A DNA stretch of 64,000 bases from Bispira polyomma (taxonomy: Eukaryota). A program made the position numbers and the translations under genes. The notes beneath the pieces are model-generated. The model was given only the letters and a program-made list of their open reading frames with translations. It did no database searches and was not told the origin of the DNA. Shown here piece after piece: positions 1-14,935 of this stretch (position 1 is its first letter; every line of letters begins with the position of its first letter). Location: NCBI GenBank assembly GCA_965649765.1, contig OZ287751.1:65782001-65846000 (forward strand), written 5' to 3'.

Positions 1-1997
1 TAGGTGATTCAATCAAGTTTGTGATTGTTAAATCGAGTTTTACTGTATTATCACCCAGCCAGTTGCAACTTGAGTTTTGCCTGACTTGTCGCAGCACTAA
101 TTGACAATGGTGAGGTTTATACATTGCTGAAGAGCAGGAGGGCTATGTTGTGAGCAAACCCAACATGGCTCAGTGTCGTCATCTTCTTCATCAGACCAAT
201 GAGCTAGTATATCAAGGAGAATAGTAGATGGACCTGGCTTAGAAGGTGACCAAGGAACCTTGGTTTGGTAGATCTCTCACTGAAACTTCTTGTTGGTTTA
301 ATATCAACCTGTGACCGAATCACTGGACCGTCATAAATTTTGTTACTGCATCCCTCACCATCACTTTCAATTTGTTTTGTTTCATCATTGACATTAACTG
401 TCTTCTTCCTCTTATCTTTTACTGATTCCCTGTCTTTTATTATATCACAACCTATAAAATAAAGAGTTGTGGCGGCATTTTAAAGTGACCTTAATAATCA
501 CCTTGTAATATTTGTATGAACATTAAAACATCAGAAACAAAATAGGAAGTGCATAACTAATTTTTTAATTACCTGGGCTTTTAGTGATGGCCATTCCCCC
601 AGCCTCTATTGGGAACCTTCTCTTTGGTTGAGGTGTTGCAGCAATCTTTGGTCTAACATATCTGTTAGTGTGGGATCAATTTTTGGTTCTCCTGAGGTGG
701 TTACTGTCGTAGCTTGAGCTGGTTTATATGTGGAAGGATGTATGGGTTTGTCAGCATCAAATGGATACAATGTATTTGATGATTAAAAGTTAGTTATACT
801 CATTTTGTTTTGTTGTCTGCAAGATTGTATTATGTGTAAGATATAGAATATATGTGCTTGGGATTTTATGAAACTATTTATATCAGAAAAAGCAATATTT
901 ACACTGATATGATTGATTATACCTGTTTTTTTTCAAAGGAATGCTGACTGTTCAGGGGCGTCATAGCTATGGCGTAGGCTCTCCTGACTGTGGAAATTAA
1001 TGGTGGCATGTTGTATTTGTGAGTAACTCACCAGGATGATCTTTTAGATGACGATGAGCTGAGCTATTCTATGCCTTATCAAGTGGGCTGAAGCAGCCAA
1101 CATGAAGGGGTTGTAATAAATGACTGGAGTGTGGTGGTAGAATAAACAATACAATTTTTTTCACTTAGCGACCAGTGTATCAGCTCAGAACTAATGTGTG
1201 TTGTGAAGCCATCCTACAATATCAGGAGATGAGAATCATTGCTTTGAACAGCGAACTTCAGAAAATTATCTGAAATATTGTCGAATTTAACCAACCGAAT
1301 TCTGATATGGCAAAACCACATCCAGGGCAGACATTTTTGACCAAGTCATCATTTAACCTTTCTCCTTTGTGTATGAGAAAAGGGTGGAATATTGTTTTCC
1401 AATTGCATTACATACACCGACATGAACAAAGTTATCATGGTTGATCTTGGCGATGTTATTGCTTGTGATGTGTAACCTTACTGGATGCCAGTTTGGGGGT
1501 GAATGTTCGGGCGAAAATCCGGATTCATCAATGTTGTATATGAGGTGGGGTGAAGATAAAGGTTGTACATTTTGAGTGGTGGAATGTGTCCGCCAGACGT
1601 AAATGACCCATCCCCAAATTTTGGGCTAGATCAACCCGTGCAGTAACCCAATGAAATCAATTTGAAAATTTTCAGCACAGCCCTAGGTATTACAAATGGC
1701 TATAGCGAGACATTTTCACTGGTAAAAGGGTCCGCCAGACAAACCGGAATGACCCATCCCCAGATTTGGGCTAGATCAGATCATGTAGTAACCCGATAAA
1801 ATTAACTGGAAAATTGTATTATATTTTGTTGCACTAGATATCGAGGACATAAGCAAGCGCATATCACCTAAGCAAAATACTACGTAGCTTACAAAAAATG
1901 TATCAATTTTAATATGCCAATCAGTGTGTATTGCTCTTGATTGATTATACTGACAATAATTCTATTTTCTACCAATAAAAATCACCGTTTAAAATAG

Positions 1998-2690
1998 AAC
2001 AAATGGGGTTACAGACCCAAAAAAGCAGGTTGCGCAATTGGTATCAGGGATAAGGTCCAGTAACCAATTTCGGGTTTATTATTTGTTTGTACAGATTTAT
2101 AGTTATTTTACCGCAAACGGTTCTATAGACTGCAAGACTATTGGCCTGTGTTATTTAAAAAAAAAACGTTTTTCAGATCATGGCGTCTATCTTGTTTTTC
2201 AGAATGGGCCCAAATACAATCCTAACCAAGCTATTGACATGATACACCTGCAAAACAAATTGGTAATGATAGCTGCAATACTTTTCCTTTAAATGTCCGG
2301 AAACCGTTTCCAAGATGGCGGGCATCTTGTTTTTTGGAATGGACCCAAATACAATCCCAACCAAGCTATTGACATGATATACCACCACAACAAATTTGGT
2401 TATGATAGCTGCAATGCTTTTCCTTTATGTGTCTGGAAACCGTTTTCAAGAAGCGGGCAGTGGAGGCCATTTTGTTTTTTGGAATGGGCCCCCAAATACA
2501 GCCCCTTCCAAGCTATTGACATGATACACCTCCACCGCAAATTTGGTGATGATACCTCAAATAGTTTTCCTTTAAATGTCCAGAAACCAAAATGTTGACG
2601 GACAGACGAACGGACGGATGGACAAACGGATGGACAGACGGACGCCGGACACATCAATAGGCGCATTGGTTACACGCAACCTGCCCAAAA
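1998..2690 (+). mobile_element. Non-autonomous Helentron/HINE (DINE-like) element with internal tandem repeats
   Basis: Sub-terminal inverted repeat GCAGGTTGCG (2025-2034) / CGCAACCTGC (2675-2684); three ~130-bp tandem core units (ccaaatacaatcc..ccaagctattgacatgatacacc); (GGAC/GGAT)n microsatellite ~2598-2650. The ORFs called here are repeat artefacts. Confidence 0.65.
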
Positions 2691-2779
2691 TGAAATACAG
2701 ATCCTCAAATTCACGTACCCCTCGATATCACATACATTGATTATATATGATATGTTATTGTAGTTATTATCATTTTGGT

Positions 2780-5380
2780 ATCAATTTTCTGGCATATTAT
2801 GCATGATATAGATGCTCCCACATTTGTCTGTGGAAGGATTGATTTGAGAAGAAGTCCTCCGTCATAGACCTGAAAATATAACTATTTAGCAATTCAGCTT
2901 CTGTGACAGTTTCTGTCTGTAGTGACTTAAATTTACTCATCAATGCTGATTTTTCTGTCTTCACAACTGTCCCATTACAGTGCGTAAGTGAAAGTGGATA
3001 GGTCGTGATTGGGTAGGAGAGAACCTTACAAAGGTCGAGAGCAGTGTTTTCTGCAATGACTATTATACGTACAAACATATCCCGCAGACTCTCAGCATTT
3101 GTTTTTGCTTTACAGCAGGTAATTTAGGTTTTTTCTTTAAGTTTTGTGCAGCCATGCGTCTTACAGGCTGAAGGAATCTACTGCTGTTTTGATCCCATTC
3201 CTTTTGAAATTTGTCCCGTCCCTCCTGACCTCTTTTTACAGTAGTTAGTAGACAGGATTCTGTAGCCTTGGATACTACTTGACCAGTTGCAATGTTCATC
3301 AATGTATTTGGAGAATCATTTGCAGAATTCACCAATTTTGGCACTTAGTGCAGCCATCTGATTGTTGTCCATTTTTGTTCTTGAAGAGTTGTAATTTTCT
3401 CAACTTCTAGTCTAGCATAAGTCCGTAGCTCAGTGACTGCCATAGCTTGCTGGGTCATAGTAGTTTACCACCAACGCATTAGATTCTCAGAATTGCGAAA
3501 GGCAACAATACTCTTTATGTTGGATGTTGCATCTCGGTTCACTGTCTGTTCTAAAGAGAGGTCAATGGCTGATCTACTGTAAGTTTTCTTTGTGTGTGTG
3601 ATGGAAAATGCTCCCCTGTCCAATATTTCATGCAACTTTGGATCCATGATCTGATATTTCTAATTGAAGCGTTTGTACAATTTCTGTTCCATAACATTTG
3701 CAAGTAGCTCATGGATAGGAGTGCATCTGTTATAAAGTTTCCCTTTCATGAATCCCATTATTGAACCTTCAGCCAATACGTCAGCTTCAGAAAGTATGAA
3801 TTCTATTCCACTTTCATTTATAAATGTACCAACTGCTCCATAGAAAGCTAACTAAGTGTGGAAGTTACCTAACATTATCAACAATTTGTCAAACACAGGT
3901 GTTTTTATTGCTTTTATTGAATATGCTTTCAGTGCAATTTCTAAATCATAGGTGACCACTGCATAATCTTTTCTTTCGCGACATTCATGGTCTGTATGAT
4001 TGTTTCTTTGAGCACAACATTTTTGGTTGGCGATTTGGATATTGGGTCCATATAGCAAATCCGTTGAAGTAGTAAGGAGTTTTCAATGTACTGGCTCATA
4101 AATCGAGCATGTATTGGTATGTTGCCTTCTATCAGTTTTCAAAACCAATAAAAATCATTTGAAGTTTTACTTGGTAATCTGGTTGAAATGTTGGTTGACA
4201 AGCAACACTTGTAGTATCAAAATTTTCAGCAACAGCAAATTGAGCTTTCTTGATATCCTGCCTGTACTATTTGTGTTTTTCGTCAAACTCATAGCGATTT
4301 CCGTGTATCTTGTAACACATTCTGGTAAAAATGTCCAACTGTTCATTGTATTGTTTCTTTCCCATTTAGCGTTCCACATTTGCATCATTGTTATCTCAGA
4401 CACAAGTTGTTGCTAAGTTTGAATCAAGGAGAATCCCATCTGGAGCATCACATTAATCATTTTCAAGTGAATAGGCAAATTCAGGTTCTAGGCCTTTGGT
4501 TTCACTGTAGCTTATACTGTGGCCTGCCCTATTCAATATCTGTAAAGCTAGTTTTGATCCTGTAAGGGATGCAAACCCAAAACCCATGACAGTGTATTAT
4601 GGTTTCATTATACCGTGTGTGACATTATAAATTGCATCTGATGCCATTGCAGTTACCTTTCTGTCGGCTGCATCATCTGAATTGATGTAATACCAACTCT
4701 AAAGAACATGGTCAGTTGTTGATCAAGTTGTGTACTGTTGCAGGATTTGGGGGTCTTAGTTTTGGGAAGTTGCATTTTAAATGTTCTGAGATGTAGAGCA
4801 GCCGATCCTAACTTTGTATGTTTTTGCATCTTCATAAAAACGAGCCTTAGCATCTTCCTCTGAAAGACCAGAAATATAGATAAAGTTTCCCTTTCGTTGG
4901 GCTGCTATTTTGTTGTCACCTCTTCTCTAAAATGCTCCTTTACCTTTCTGATTATATGTTGAATAGTATAAGCTTTGATGTCTTCATCCTCTCCATCAAC
5001 ACTGATGTAGACCTCTTTGTACATGTCAAATAAATGACTAAGACACATCTCTGGCTCTCTATAATCTCATTCTGAATATAGGAGAGGAGTGATACAAATG
5101 CCTTCTTGTGGTAGGACTTGTGGTAGGAGTTATAGCTTCTGTAGGTCTATCTTGATCACCAGTTTCCTTCAAGAACTGTAAACGACAAGTATTCTGCCTC
5201 TTTTGCAATCAACTCCACACCACTTTGAATGAGACTTCTGATGCGTTCATTGTTTGAAGATTTCATATGCTGGCAAAAAGATTCACAACCAGCAATTGTT
5301 GCGACTTTAAATCTGGGTTCCTCTTCCCCATTTCTCTTACAACTTTTACCACTTGTTTTTCCTCTTGTTTTATTAAATTA
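2780..5380 (-). mobile_element. Degenerate large DNA-transposon transposase, Academ-like
   Basis: Collinear frameshifted fragments on the minus strand: VVTYDLEIALKAYSI..FDKLLIMLGNFH, GAFSI..TYSRSAIDLSLEQTVNRDA, LMNIATG, LSYPITTYPLSL..G..KTEKSALM. Superfamily assignment is from motif recall. Confidence 0.6.
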
Positions 5381-5739
5381 AAAATTAATTATAATGAAGC
5401 TTTTAAACTACGAAATGGCTATCAAACATTGAAATTGAGACTGGTACTTTCCATCATATTATTTTTATTTAAAAAATAAGTCGTGTCGTTAGAACTACAA
5501 TGTAATATTACGCGACCGTCAAAAATAGACAACCATTGAGACTATGTAACAGAATGATACCTAGTCGTTATCAGTGTCCACAAGTTTCGCTGTATTTCCG
5601 ATTGCTGTATGTTGGACACGTATCATGTTTTTGACGTACCATACTTACTTTGTACGTATTTAACGATAAATATATTTCTATCAAGTACAGTGACAACTCC
5701 AACTAACATTATACACAGGTGGCGCTTGCTTCGGCCTAC

Positions 5740-6270
5740 CCAAGGCCGATGGTAGGCAGAAGTCACAATTATAGAAATCAACACGCTTTTTGCACACATC
5801 TGGAATACAATCCAAGTATGAACTGTAGCCCTCTTAAGGAACACCTCACAAAATATTTACATGTCTTGAGCAATTGCACTTGTGACTGTGGCCTATCTGA
5901 TGAAAATAATACACATTTCCTTTTAGATTGTATAAACTATGCCATACCGAGACAGTTAATGTTATCTAAATTATATGATATTCCTGCTGTTACAACTGAA
6001 ACTCTATTACTTGGTAGCCTTGACTTGACATTTGAACAAAACCAGACAATATTCGAACAGTTCAAGAATTTTTAAGGGAAACAAACCGGTTTCATAGTTT
6101 TTGATTGCTACAGTGCCCACACACCTTCTCATCTTTTCATTCATCATCCTATGTTATTATTCTATTTTGTTTCTTTTGAATATATCTTCCTGCGAGAAGG
6201 CTTTATAATAATCTTTTAGATTTTGCCTGATTGTTTTGTTCCAATAAAATATTGTTTATGAAAAAAAAAA
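5740..6270 (+). mobile_element. 3' end of a non-LTR retrotransposon (CR1/L2/Jockey-like C-terminal zinc motif) with A-rich tail
   Basis: CDCG....E...HFLLDC..Y...R motif in ORF 5719-6075, then AATAAA (~6243) and poly(A) (~6262-6270). Confidence 0.65.
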
Positions 6271-9099
6271 TCCAGGTATGTGTTCCGCAGGGGCACATGC
6301 TTCTTGTTAATTGATGGATAGCCGATTACCATAAGCAAAATGTTGTAAATCAAAACCGTCATATATGGAGATAGAATCTGGTGAAAATAAATACAGCCCC
6401 TCATTGCTTATATATGATATAGATTTTCTATATGGTACATACCAATTAATATAAATTAAAAGTACACTAACAGATCTGTGTAATTCTGATTGGCTGACAC
6501 AATTGCACCACCCGATAAATATTAATAGTTGAATTGTAACTTTTAAATCTTTATTTCGACGCATACCTATATTACCAAAACAAATTGGTCAGAAATTACT
6601 AACGGTAAAAATTTTGTGAAAATATGTTGAGTGTGTGTGTTTGTGTGTCTACAAGTTTGTGGACAGACATGTAAAATATGAGTATACATACCCTATTGTG
6701 TAAATAAGGTAGATTTAATGAATAGTGACTTATAGGTGTGTGAGGTAGTGAGCTAATAGAGATACTCTATTGTATTAACACTAATACTGTAGATAAATAT
6801 AAGAGATTCTATTTACATGAATTTGACTGTCATCCACATGGATCCCAATACAACTTATGTATTATATGATGGATATACCTTTAGTTGGAATGACTCGGCC
6901 ACAGCCAAGAATAAAAAGTGCACTGTGCCATATAAGGTTGCAAACCAGTGGCCCAAAAGCTGCTTGGGAACACAGTACAAATATATATGCACAGGGCTGT
7001 GTACATACACACACACAGTGATGATGTCACCACAAGATAACTGATCTCGCTTTTAATAAAATATTGCGACAAAATTTTATTAAAATCTTTTTTGATTTTG
7101 CATCATTATTTTGTTTTAATAAATTATTTTTTATGAAAATATTGGAAAAATTAAGCAAATGCTGCAATATATAACATGACCACCTTCCGTTTAAGTAAAA
7201 TATGAGAATATATCTACTGTTAAATCAAATGAGGCTGTTCTCGCTTCCTTACAACATTTGTAACACACAAACAGCCACTAGAACAACAGGTTCATACCTT
7301 CACTGCTTCTGTACTCCTATATTTTGCAATAATATGTGAAAGACGATCTTGTATATTTCATTCACACACGCAATGGCATTAAAATTGTGCCCATTAGTGA
7401 AAGCAATTCTTGTTTTAATACTATTATTATGGCCTTAATTCTAGCTAATTGTCATGATTGTCACCTGTCTTATATAGAGTATTTTTTATAGATTTGTTAA
7501 ATAAGGTTTAATATGGTAAACCTGCTATTTCTACAAATCTTGGATTCAAATTTCAATTTTGTATTACCCTTTCTAATGGTTTGATGCTGAATTTTAATGA
7601 TTGTGAAGCTTTCGGCGGTAATAGATCTTCTACAGTAAAAAAACCCATCAAATTATTTTGCATTATATTTTCAGGATCAATTGCAGAATTATCTGTGAAC
7701 CAGCAAGAAGCTCATCCATTAGGTAAAGAAAATAAGAGTCCAAAAAGAACAATCCAGTCTACTTCTCAGAATGTGAATATCGCAAAAACATATTAGCAGT
7801 GATTTAATGTCATGTGTTGGCAAAGATGTCTGACACCATATATTTTGTAAAAATTGCAGACATACAGCTGAATGCATAATGTATGTAACTGTGCATTCAA
7901 TAGTATAAAAAAAACAAGTGTTTATATATAGTTTTGCATTGCAAAAAAACATTATGAATTTGCAACAGCTACTGTTCTCACCAACTTGCTTGAATATACT
8001 GTTATTTGGTCGTGCTTAGTCACAGCATGCACGAGATTGTTACAGTAGTTGTCCAAACATGGTTAAACTTTAAGACATCAGTGCATTAGGTACTGCCTAA
8101 GTGATTTAAGAATCTCAGCGTGGGCGACCTTCAATTGTATATATTATGCTGCTGTTAATCCTGAGTTTAGCTAAATATGAAATGTTTCAGCATTATTATT
8201 TTTAATAGAAAAAAATAATACCTTAAGATGAAAATTGTTTTAATTGGACGACAGCATTGCCTATTTTCTGCATCAAATGATGTCAACAGCATGAATAATG
8301 GCGTACAGGTAACACAGTTGAGATCTCTCAGATATATGTAATGCTGTTTAAAGTATTTAATAGTAAATGGTGTTCATTAATTAATGTATAAATACCACTG
8401 ACAATCGGTGTGTAAAATTATGTATATGTTTATTTGGTAATAAAATAGATGTTACCACTTCTTGTTTTGTTTTTTAGCGATGGAGGTGGTAGATTCCTTC
8501 AAAAACATCGTGACTTCTGTCACTCATCTAGAATTAAAATTTTGTCACCTTTTATAAAATTTATTTCTGCTTCTGTCATTTCCCAGAGAGTTCACGTTCT
8601 GTTTTATTTCTTTTCAAACTATTGCTTTGTTCTCCATCATTAGTTACTACATTTGAAAATTTTGCCCTTAATATGTGTGAATATTTTTATGAATCATATG
8701 TAATGACTCCACATATGTTTTGTATAGAAACCTGGCAAGGTTAAAGAAAGTTCAGTGTTTCAATAAATGATTAAAGACATGTAGGCAAACAAGATAACAG
8801 ATAAACTTGAAGAATTGATTTTGAACTGTTTTGACTTTACCTTATTATCAAAAAAAGGATGGAAATAGTAGGATGAGTAAGATATTTCAACAATAAACAA
8901 TGTGCCCCAACTAAAGATTGCTTCACAGGTCAATTTTCTCACAGAACTAAAAATATATTGGGTGATTACACGGGTAAACTAATAATTAATGGTGACTTTA
9001 AAAAAAGTATCTGTAATAAGTTAGACAAAAAGGGCCTAGAACACAGTTAAATCTCTATATACCAGAAAAAAACAAAGTGTCATGCTAGAGATAACTATT

Positions 9100-9860
9100 A
9101 TTGACAATTAGAGGCAAGGCATCATGACAAATTAAAATTTACCAGATGGGAAAGGTGAAAGGGTGGTGTGGTGCAATCCAGATTATATTATTGGCTAATC
9201 TCTGAAAGTATAACCTATTTAGCTATGGGCTGCAATATTAACTATAGACAATAAAAAAACATGGGATTTTGTCAAATGTAAGAAAATTAGCAAAAGTAAA
9301 ATGGATAGAAGAAAGAGAAAAAAAATAAAAGTAAAATGGATGGGAGAAGTAGAAAAGAACAAGAAGCATTTCTTGAATCTAGAAAAGAGAAATTATGATA
9401 TCAAATACATTAAAAATCTGGTTAAAAATGGGACTGAATTAACAAAACCACATAAGATCTTAAATGAAGAGGCAAACTATTACTAGACCCTATAATTGTT
9501 AGGAACAAAAGAGTTTGAAAAAGGACCAGAAAAAACACTTTGCGATAAAGGACTTGCCACAATGGACAAAACTTGAGAAATCACTCTGTGACATGAAAAA
9601 ATATTACAAGCATTTAAAGTTCTTCTGGTTAGATATTAGATTTACTATTTGGTGGTTTTATTTAAAAGAATATTTTGTAAAATAGGCGAAATTTTTGTAA
9701 AATAGGTGAAATTTTTGTATGCGGATTTTCAGTTTTTGTAATAATGGTTATTTTCAAAAATATTTACTATAAGCAAAACATAAGACAGGGTTGTACCATA
9801 TCTGCATTACTTTTTATTCTCATAGCTAAAATTATGGCAAATAGAATTTGTAATAATAAA
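9100..9860 (+). mobile_element. Highly degenerate L1/Tx1 ORF2 fragments
   Basis: KWM.E.EKNKKHFLNLEKRNY motif (9301-9486) and RQGC.ISALLF RT motif (~9783-9815). Confidence 0.65.
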
Positions 9861-10282
9861 TTGCTTTGTTTACTTTACACTGACTAGATTTTACTTTATG
9901 TTTCAAGAATAATCAAGTATCAATGTGTCAAGAATTAAAGGCAATGTTCCAACGTTTGAAGAGTGGAAGATAAAATAAAGGAAATGCAATAAAGTTACAT
10001 ATAACAACCTGTAAATCGATGGAGAACTATTTGTTGAAAACCAATTTATTCAACAAAATTCAAAACACATTTTTGAATAAATGTTCTGTTGACAATGAAA
10101 CAGAGAATAAATTGCAGGACGACATGTTAACAAGTATATTACAAACTTTCAAAGGAGAGCCTTGAAAAAACCAGGAAATCACACCCCATGTCAAGAGAGC
10201 CACAACCTGGTACAGAAAGTCCCTTTGGGGCACCTGGCCACCGGGAAGAGTTACAGTTCCCTAATGACGAAAAACATGTATC

Positions 10283-10930
10283 CAATAAGAAACCTCCCAA
10301 GGTTGGGAGTAAATATTTCAACTATAATGGGTTCAATTCGATTGTGCTGTTAGCCCTCGTTGATGCTGACTTCAGATTTATCTGGGTAGACATTGGCTGT
10401 AGTGGTTCCAGTTCTGATGCTCAAATTTTCAACCACTCAGAACTGAAAGAAAAGTTAAAAGACGGAACCATTGGGCTGCCCAGACCTGCACCACTGTTTG
10501 AGGTTGATGTCAACTACTTCCTGCTGGGGGATGACGCCTTTACCCTGAAGTTCTGGTTGATGAAACCTTATTCCAGGAGAGCATTGACTAACCATCAAAG
10601 GATATGCAACTACAGAATATCCAGGGAAGGGAGGGTCGTCGAGAATGCCTTGTGAATATTGGTCAGCAGGTTCTGGCTTCTACTGACAACCATGCCACAA
10701 CATCTTTTGGTGGCCTAAAACCTGACTTCATCCTGTGTGATATTACACAACATCCTGAAAAGCCACTACGGTAACCCATCCCTGGAGCACCCAAACCCTT
10801 AAGATGATCTGCCTGATCCTGAGGAGCATCTGGTGGGAGATCAACTGAGAAGAGAAAACCGAAATGCATCTAGAGGGGCGAAAGAGCAAAGGGATACTAC
10901 TTCATGAATGAGGGGGCAGTCCCTTGTTAA
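10283..10930 (+). pseudogene. PIF/Harbinger DDE transposase fragment (HARBI1-like, DDE_Tnp_4)
   Basis: PP..GS.YFNY.GF.SIVLLALVDA..RFIWVDIG..G..SDAQIF, LLGDDAF.L..WLMKPY, NYRISR.R.VVENA; 5' truncated with a premature stop. Confidence 0.9.
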
Positions 10931-11714
10931 AATGACTATGATGAATATGAAGTCTGACCTGAGCCTGAGCCTAACCACCTGAGCCTGATGAGAAGCCACC
11001 CCAAGCCTGAGATGTCGCAGGAGTTGGAACCAAAAAGGTCCTTTTCAGGACTACACAAATATTTCGAGAACAATTACAAAGCTTTTTCTTACAGCCTTCA
11101 CCCCCCTGGCCTAATCACATTACCCAATCACATGTCACAAAAGATACCTAAGCACCCATACATGTAATATTTTTGGCCCCACCATAGAACTATAGTAGAT
11201 TGCAAACAAACATGAAATATTTTTGACCCAAACACGTACACTGATAAAAGAAACCCCTTTATTGAAGCTGATTCGAAACCAAGGCCTTACACTCACATTA
11301 TAAATTCATACTGTGGGCCCCCATCATATATAACCTAAAGATTCCCCTAGCAGTAGATAGCTTATGGCCCATTTAGTGTTAGAGATCACTTTTTCAAACT
11401 TTGTCATTTGTGTGACCACTTGGTTGGGGACAAAACTGGGTCCAAACCCTAAAAGTGGTGTGAGGAATATCTTGGAAATTTGTTTCTGAGAAACTCTTTC
11501 TATTACACATCTGTCAAAATATGGGGTTTCAAAGAGTTTCTCATTTTTTTTTTTCTAAATTGTTTCTACATCATTTCTTTTCTCTTATTATTTAACAAAA
11601 AAATATATATATACTATGGAAATGGGGGCTCTTTCCTTCAATTTGGTAATTATTTGGGCTTTATTTGTTACGGTGAAATTTACTGTCATTTAATTTTTAC
11701 TTTTGAGTTATATT

Positions 11715-11975
11715 TTGGGATGTGAACTCTGGGCCAATGATATTTTTATTTCTGACTCTGTAAATTGTTTTTGAGGGGACGGTATAATCTGTTTGTTTGG
11801 GCTAATATTTTGGGTTTTATACTTTTGGGATTTGAACTCTGGGCCAATGATATTTTTATTTCTGTCTGTGTGAATTGCTTTTGAGGGGACGGTGTAATCT
11901 GTTTGGGCCAATATTTTGGGATTTATATTTTGGGTTTGGAACTTAGGGCCAATGATATTTTTATTTCTGTCTGTA
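11715..11975. repeat. Three ~110-bp tandem repeats inside the Harbinger spacer
   Basis: Recurring (tg)aactctgggccaatgatatttttatttctg..ttttgaggggacggt unit. Confidence 0.85.
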
Positions 11976-12029
11976 TGAGTGACTTGTTTTTGTAATATGT
12001 TTGTTTTTTGGGGGTTTTCAACAAATTAC

Positions 12030-13160
12030 TTAACATATTGTTCTTGAAAGATTTGGGTGGCCCTGAAAAGGGCAGGAGGTTCTAACGCATGGCGGTCTGA
12101 AAAGGACCGCCAGTAGATTGCTGACTGGCTACTGCGGAGGTGGTGTTTGGCTGTGTAGGTGGAGTTGGCTGTGGCTGGGAAAAGGGCAGGACGTTCGGCT
12201 GTTTGATCCAAGTTGCTGTTGCTGCTGGGTGCTCAGTTGTTGGACATTCACTGCAATCAGCTGTGATGGTTCTACTGTTCTGAGCTGCAAATCTGACACT
12301 AGTGTTGAAAGAAGTGCTAGGGGTGTCGGGGCTACTGATCTGTTCGTTTCCATAATCTTGTAATATTTCAGGGTTATAATTTCTCAGAAATTATAAAATA
12401 GAAATTTTAAAAGTATTGTGTGCCGAATCTTCAAACATAATGGAGGCATTTGACGGCGGGTTTGAGAAGTGTTTTCTGGGTGAAGGGCTAGCTAGCTTCA
12501 CCTTAGCAGGAACCCCTAAATAAAATGTCATCCATAACATAATACGATAGCAGCTTGTGACACTCCAGTACCTGTTGCGAAGCAGCCTGAGACGTGGTAG
12601 CTGTATCCAACACAAAAACTGAATGCTGTGGAGGATCCTGAGGCTGCTGCGGAATTAACTGCTGAGGTCTCTGCTGGGAAATGTAGCTTGAACCGAGGGC
12701 TCTCGACTGTGTAAAGCTGGGGACTGTCCTCACAAAGGCACTGCTACGGACCTGGCTTCTCTCATGCTGAATCTTGTTGAGGGTTGCAAATGTCTCATTT
12801 TCAAAGTTTTGAAAGTCCCCCTCATCCAGGTTCTTAGCTTCTGTTGCCAGATACTGAAAAAAAAGCAGCACGGTTCGACTGGGGCTTCTCTGATTTTTGG
12901 CTTTCTGCCACAAAGGTCGACATCATGGATCATCTTGCCGGCCTTGTTCACGAGACCTCCGTACTGGAATGATTCTGTCAATCCCTGGGACGATTCGAAC
13001 AATCCCTCTCTGTCGCTATTGCCACTAGAGGCAGGACTTGCCCTCTGGTCTTTCTTCTTTCTCTGGGCCTCTACTTCATGTGACGAAATTCCAACTTCAA
13101 ACTCTCTTTCTCCTTCTCCTTTTCCACATCCATCTTCCTCTTCATCTTCCTTCCTCTAAG
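12030..13160 (-). pseudogene. Probable second gene of the Harbinger element (Myb/MADF/BESS-type partner), spliced and degenerate
   Basis: Convergent with the transposase; acidic/basic low-complexity stretch, FFQYLATEAKNL....F..FENETF..L..I helix and Q/S-rich tail. The Myb domain itself is not seen. Confidence 0.5.
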
Positions 13161-13399
13161 CTATAAAACTTTCCCTATCTCAAGTACATACAATAATTAA
13201 AAACAATAAAAATCCACAAAAAACACAACACGTAGCACCAGCCAGCAATCTCCAAATACAAGTCCAGTACTGCCAGGATGTTTTTATACACAAACACCCT
13301 GACAAGCAAAAGTTTAACCCCATAGACCGAGGTTAGAAAATTTTCATAATTTTCATGGTGGCCATCTTGTTATTCAAAATGAGACTATAATGTGGTAAT

Positions 13400-14935
13400 G
13401 TAGCCTTGCATAATCCGTTCGGTGGATACCTTGCAATACAATGCAATAACTACATTGTTACTGTTACAGGTAAGTGCATGCTAGTATCAGGAACTAGGAA
13501 ATGTATCTTGAGTTATGTGCCACTTATGAAGTTGATCTACTTAATAGTGTAAATAACAGAAATAACTTGCTGTGGCTGGAATTAAAACCAGGGCTCTTTG
13601 GATCTTCAAGATTAATGTACATTAACAGTTGGGCTAAAGGGGAAAGCCAGGAAGCCTGAGTGTTTAATGCGCTGATATACACAGATAATACAATAAAAAA
13701 GCATCATTTTTAGATGGTGAAGAAGACTTTCATGTATCTGTACACAGACAGGGCTCTCTTTACACCAATGTCAACTACCAATAAAGAATATGCAGCTGAT
13801 GATGAGCATGTCAACTGTGATGTTGCAGCCCTGTTAAGGGATGGGGTTCCAAACTGCTGTTTTTTTTGTTATTCATTGACAAAAAACGCTTTCCTCAAGC
13901 TCTAAAGTCGCAGTTTCCACCCACACTCCTGTACATTGCAAGACAGATAGACCTATCATCGGGTAGTCTCAAGCAGCATCTACAAGAACTGACAACCAAA
14001 ATTCAGCTCTCAGATAAGGAATGTGAGGCGCTTGACAAAGCACTTTTTGCACTCTTCATGCGAGGAATGGTGGTCACATTAAGCTGGTCGCATTACTGCT
14101 AGTAACATGAAACGAGTATATACATGATCTGTTTCTCCCCAAAAGTACCCCATGTTAGATATCACATCACTTTTGACACAGATTTTTACTGTGAGCGAAA
14201 ACAATGTTGAGAGTTACGAACAACATGCCAAATAAATGCACATTCTAGTGCAAAAGAAAACTCACAGAAAATTTTATGCAGAGGATGCAGGGCTTTTTGT
14301 GTAAAAGTCTAGACAGTGTGTTGCTGCATTACCAGATTTGATTCTATCTTGCGCATGTTGTGGCAGAGGAGTCAGTGAGATCAAGTGTCCTTAGTACAAC
14401 AGAAATGATGCTCCATCCGCTGAAAACTGGCCACACCTTACACAGGTTAATGATCATTCTCAGCAATTAAGTAAGTCATCGGCTTACATGTATCAAGGAC
14501 AAATGGCTTGTACAGGTTCTAGTTACTGTAAATTCTTTGTGTACATTGCCCATGGTTATCACCTAGAAATTTGATAATAACATGTGGATGGATATGCTGG
14601 ATAAATTTGAATACGCCTGGTTTCACCATATTTTCTGCTGAGGCTCTGACAGGGACATTAATAGATCAACCTTCAGAACTAGTTGTTTATGGTGACCCCA
14701 CTTATGTCACAACAGATTATGCTAAAACACTTAAAAAGTGTTTTCCACCCAGAGTGCAAATAGGCTGGCACCTACTTTAACTACATCTGAACTGCCACCG
14801 ATATATTTTTGTCTTGTTTGTGGCTTGGATGTAGATATTACCATACAGGATATTGAATTTTACAAATGTCACAAGTGTAGTAATTATGCTCATTCTGAGT
14901 GTTTATCTAAAGATGACATATCCTCATCTGGATGA
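13400..14935 (+). pseudogene. YqaJ-like (lambda-exonuclease) plus PHD-finger gene of an ISL2EU element, degenerate
   Basis: QGQMACTGSSYCKFFVY (~14494-14545) is the YqaJ motif; the C-terminal CLVC...CHKCSNYAHSECL is a PHD-like finger; many frameshifts. Confidence 0.75.

Noticed and set aside
1-1560. Possible LINE RT remnants on the minus strand
   Set aside because: Too degraded to assign motifs or boundaries with confidence.
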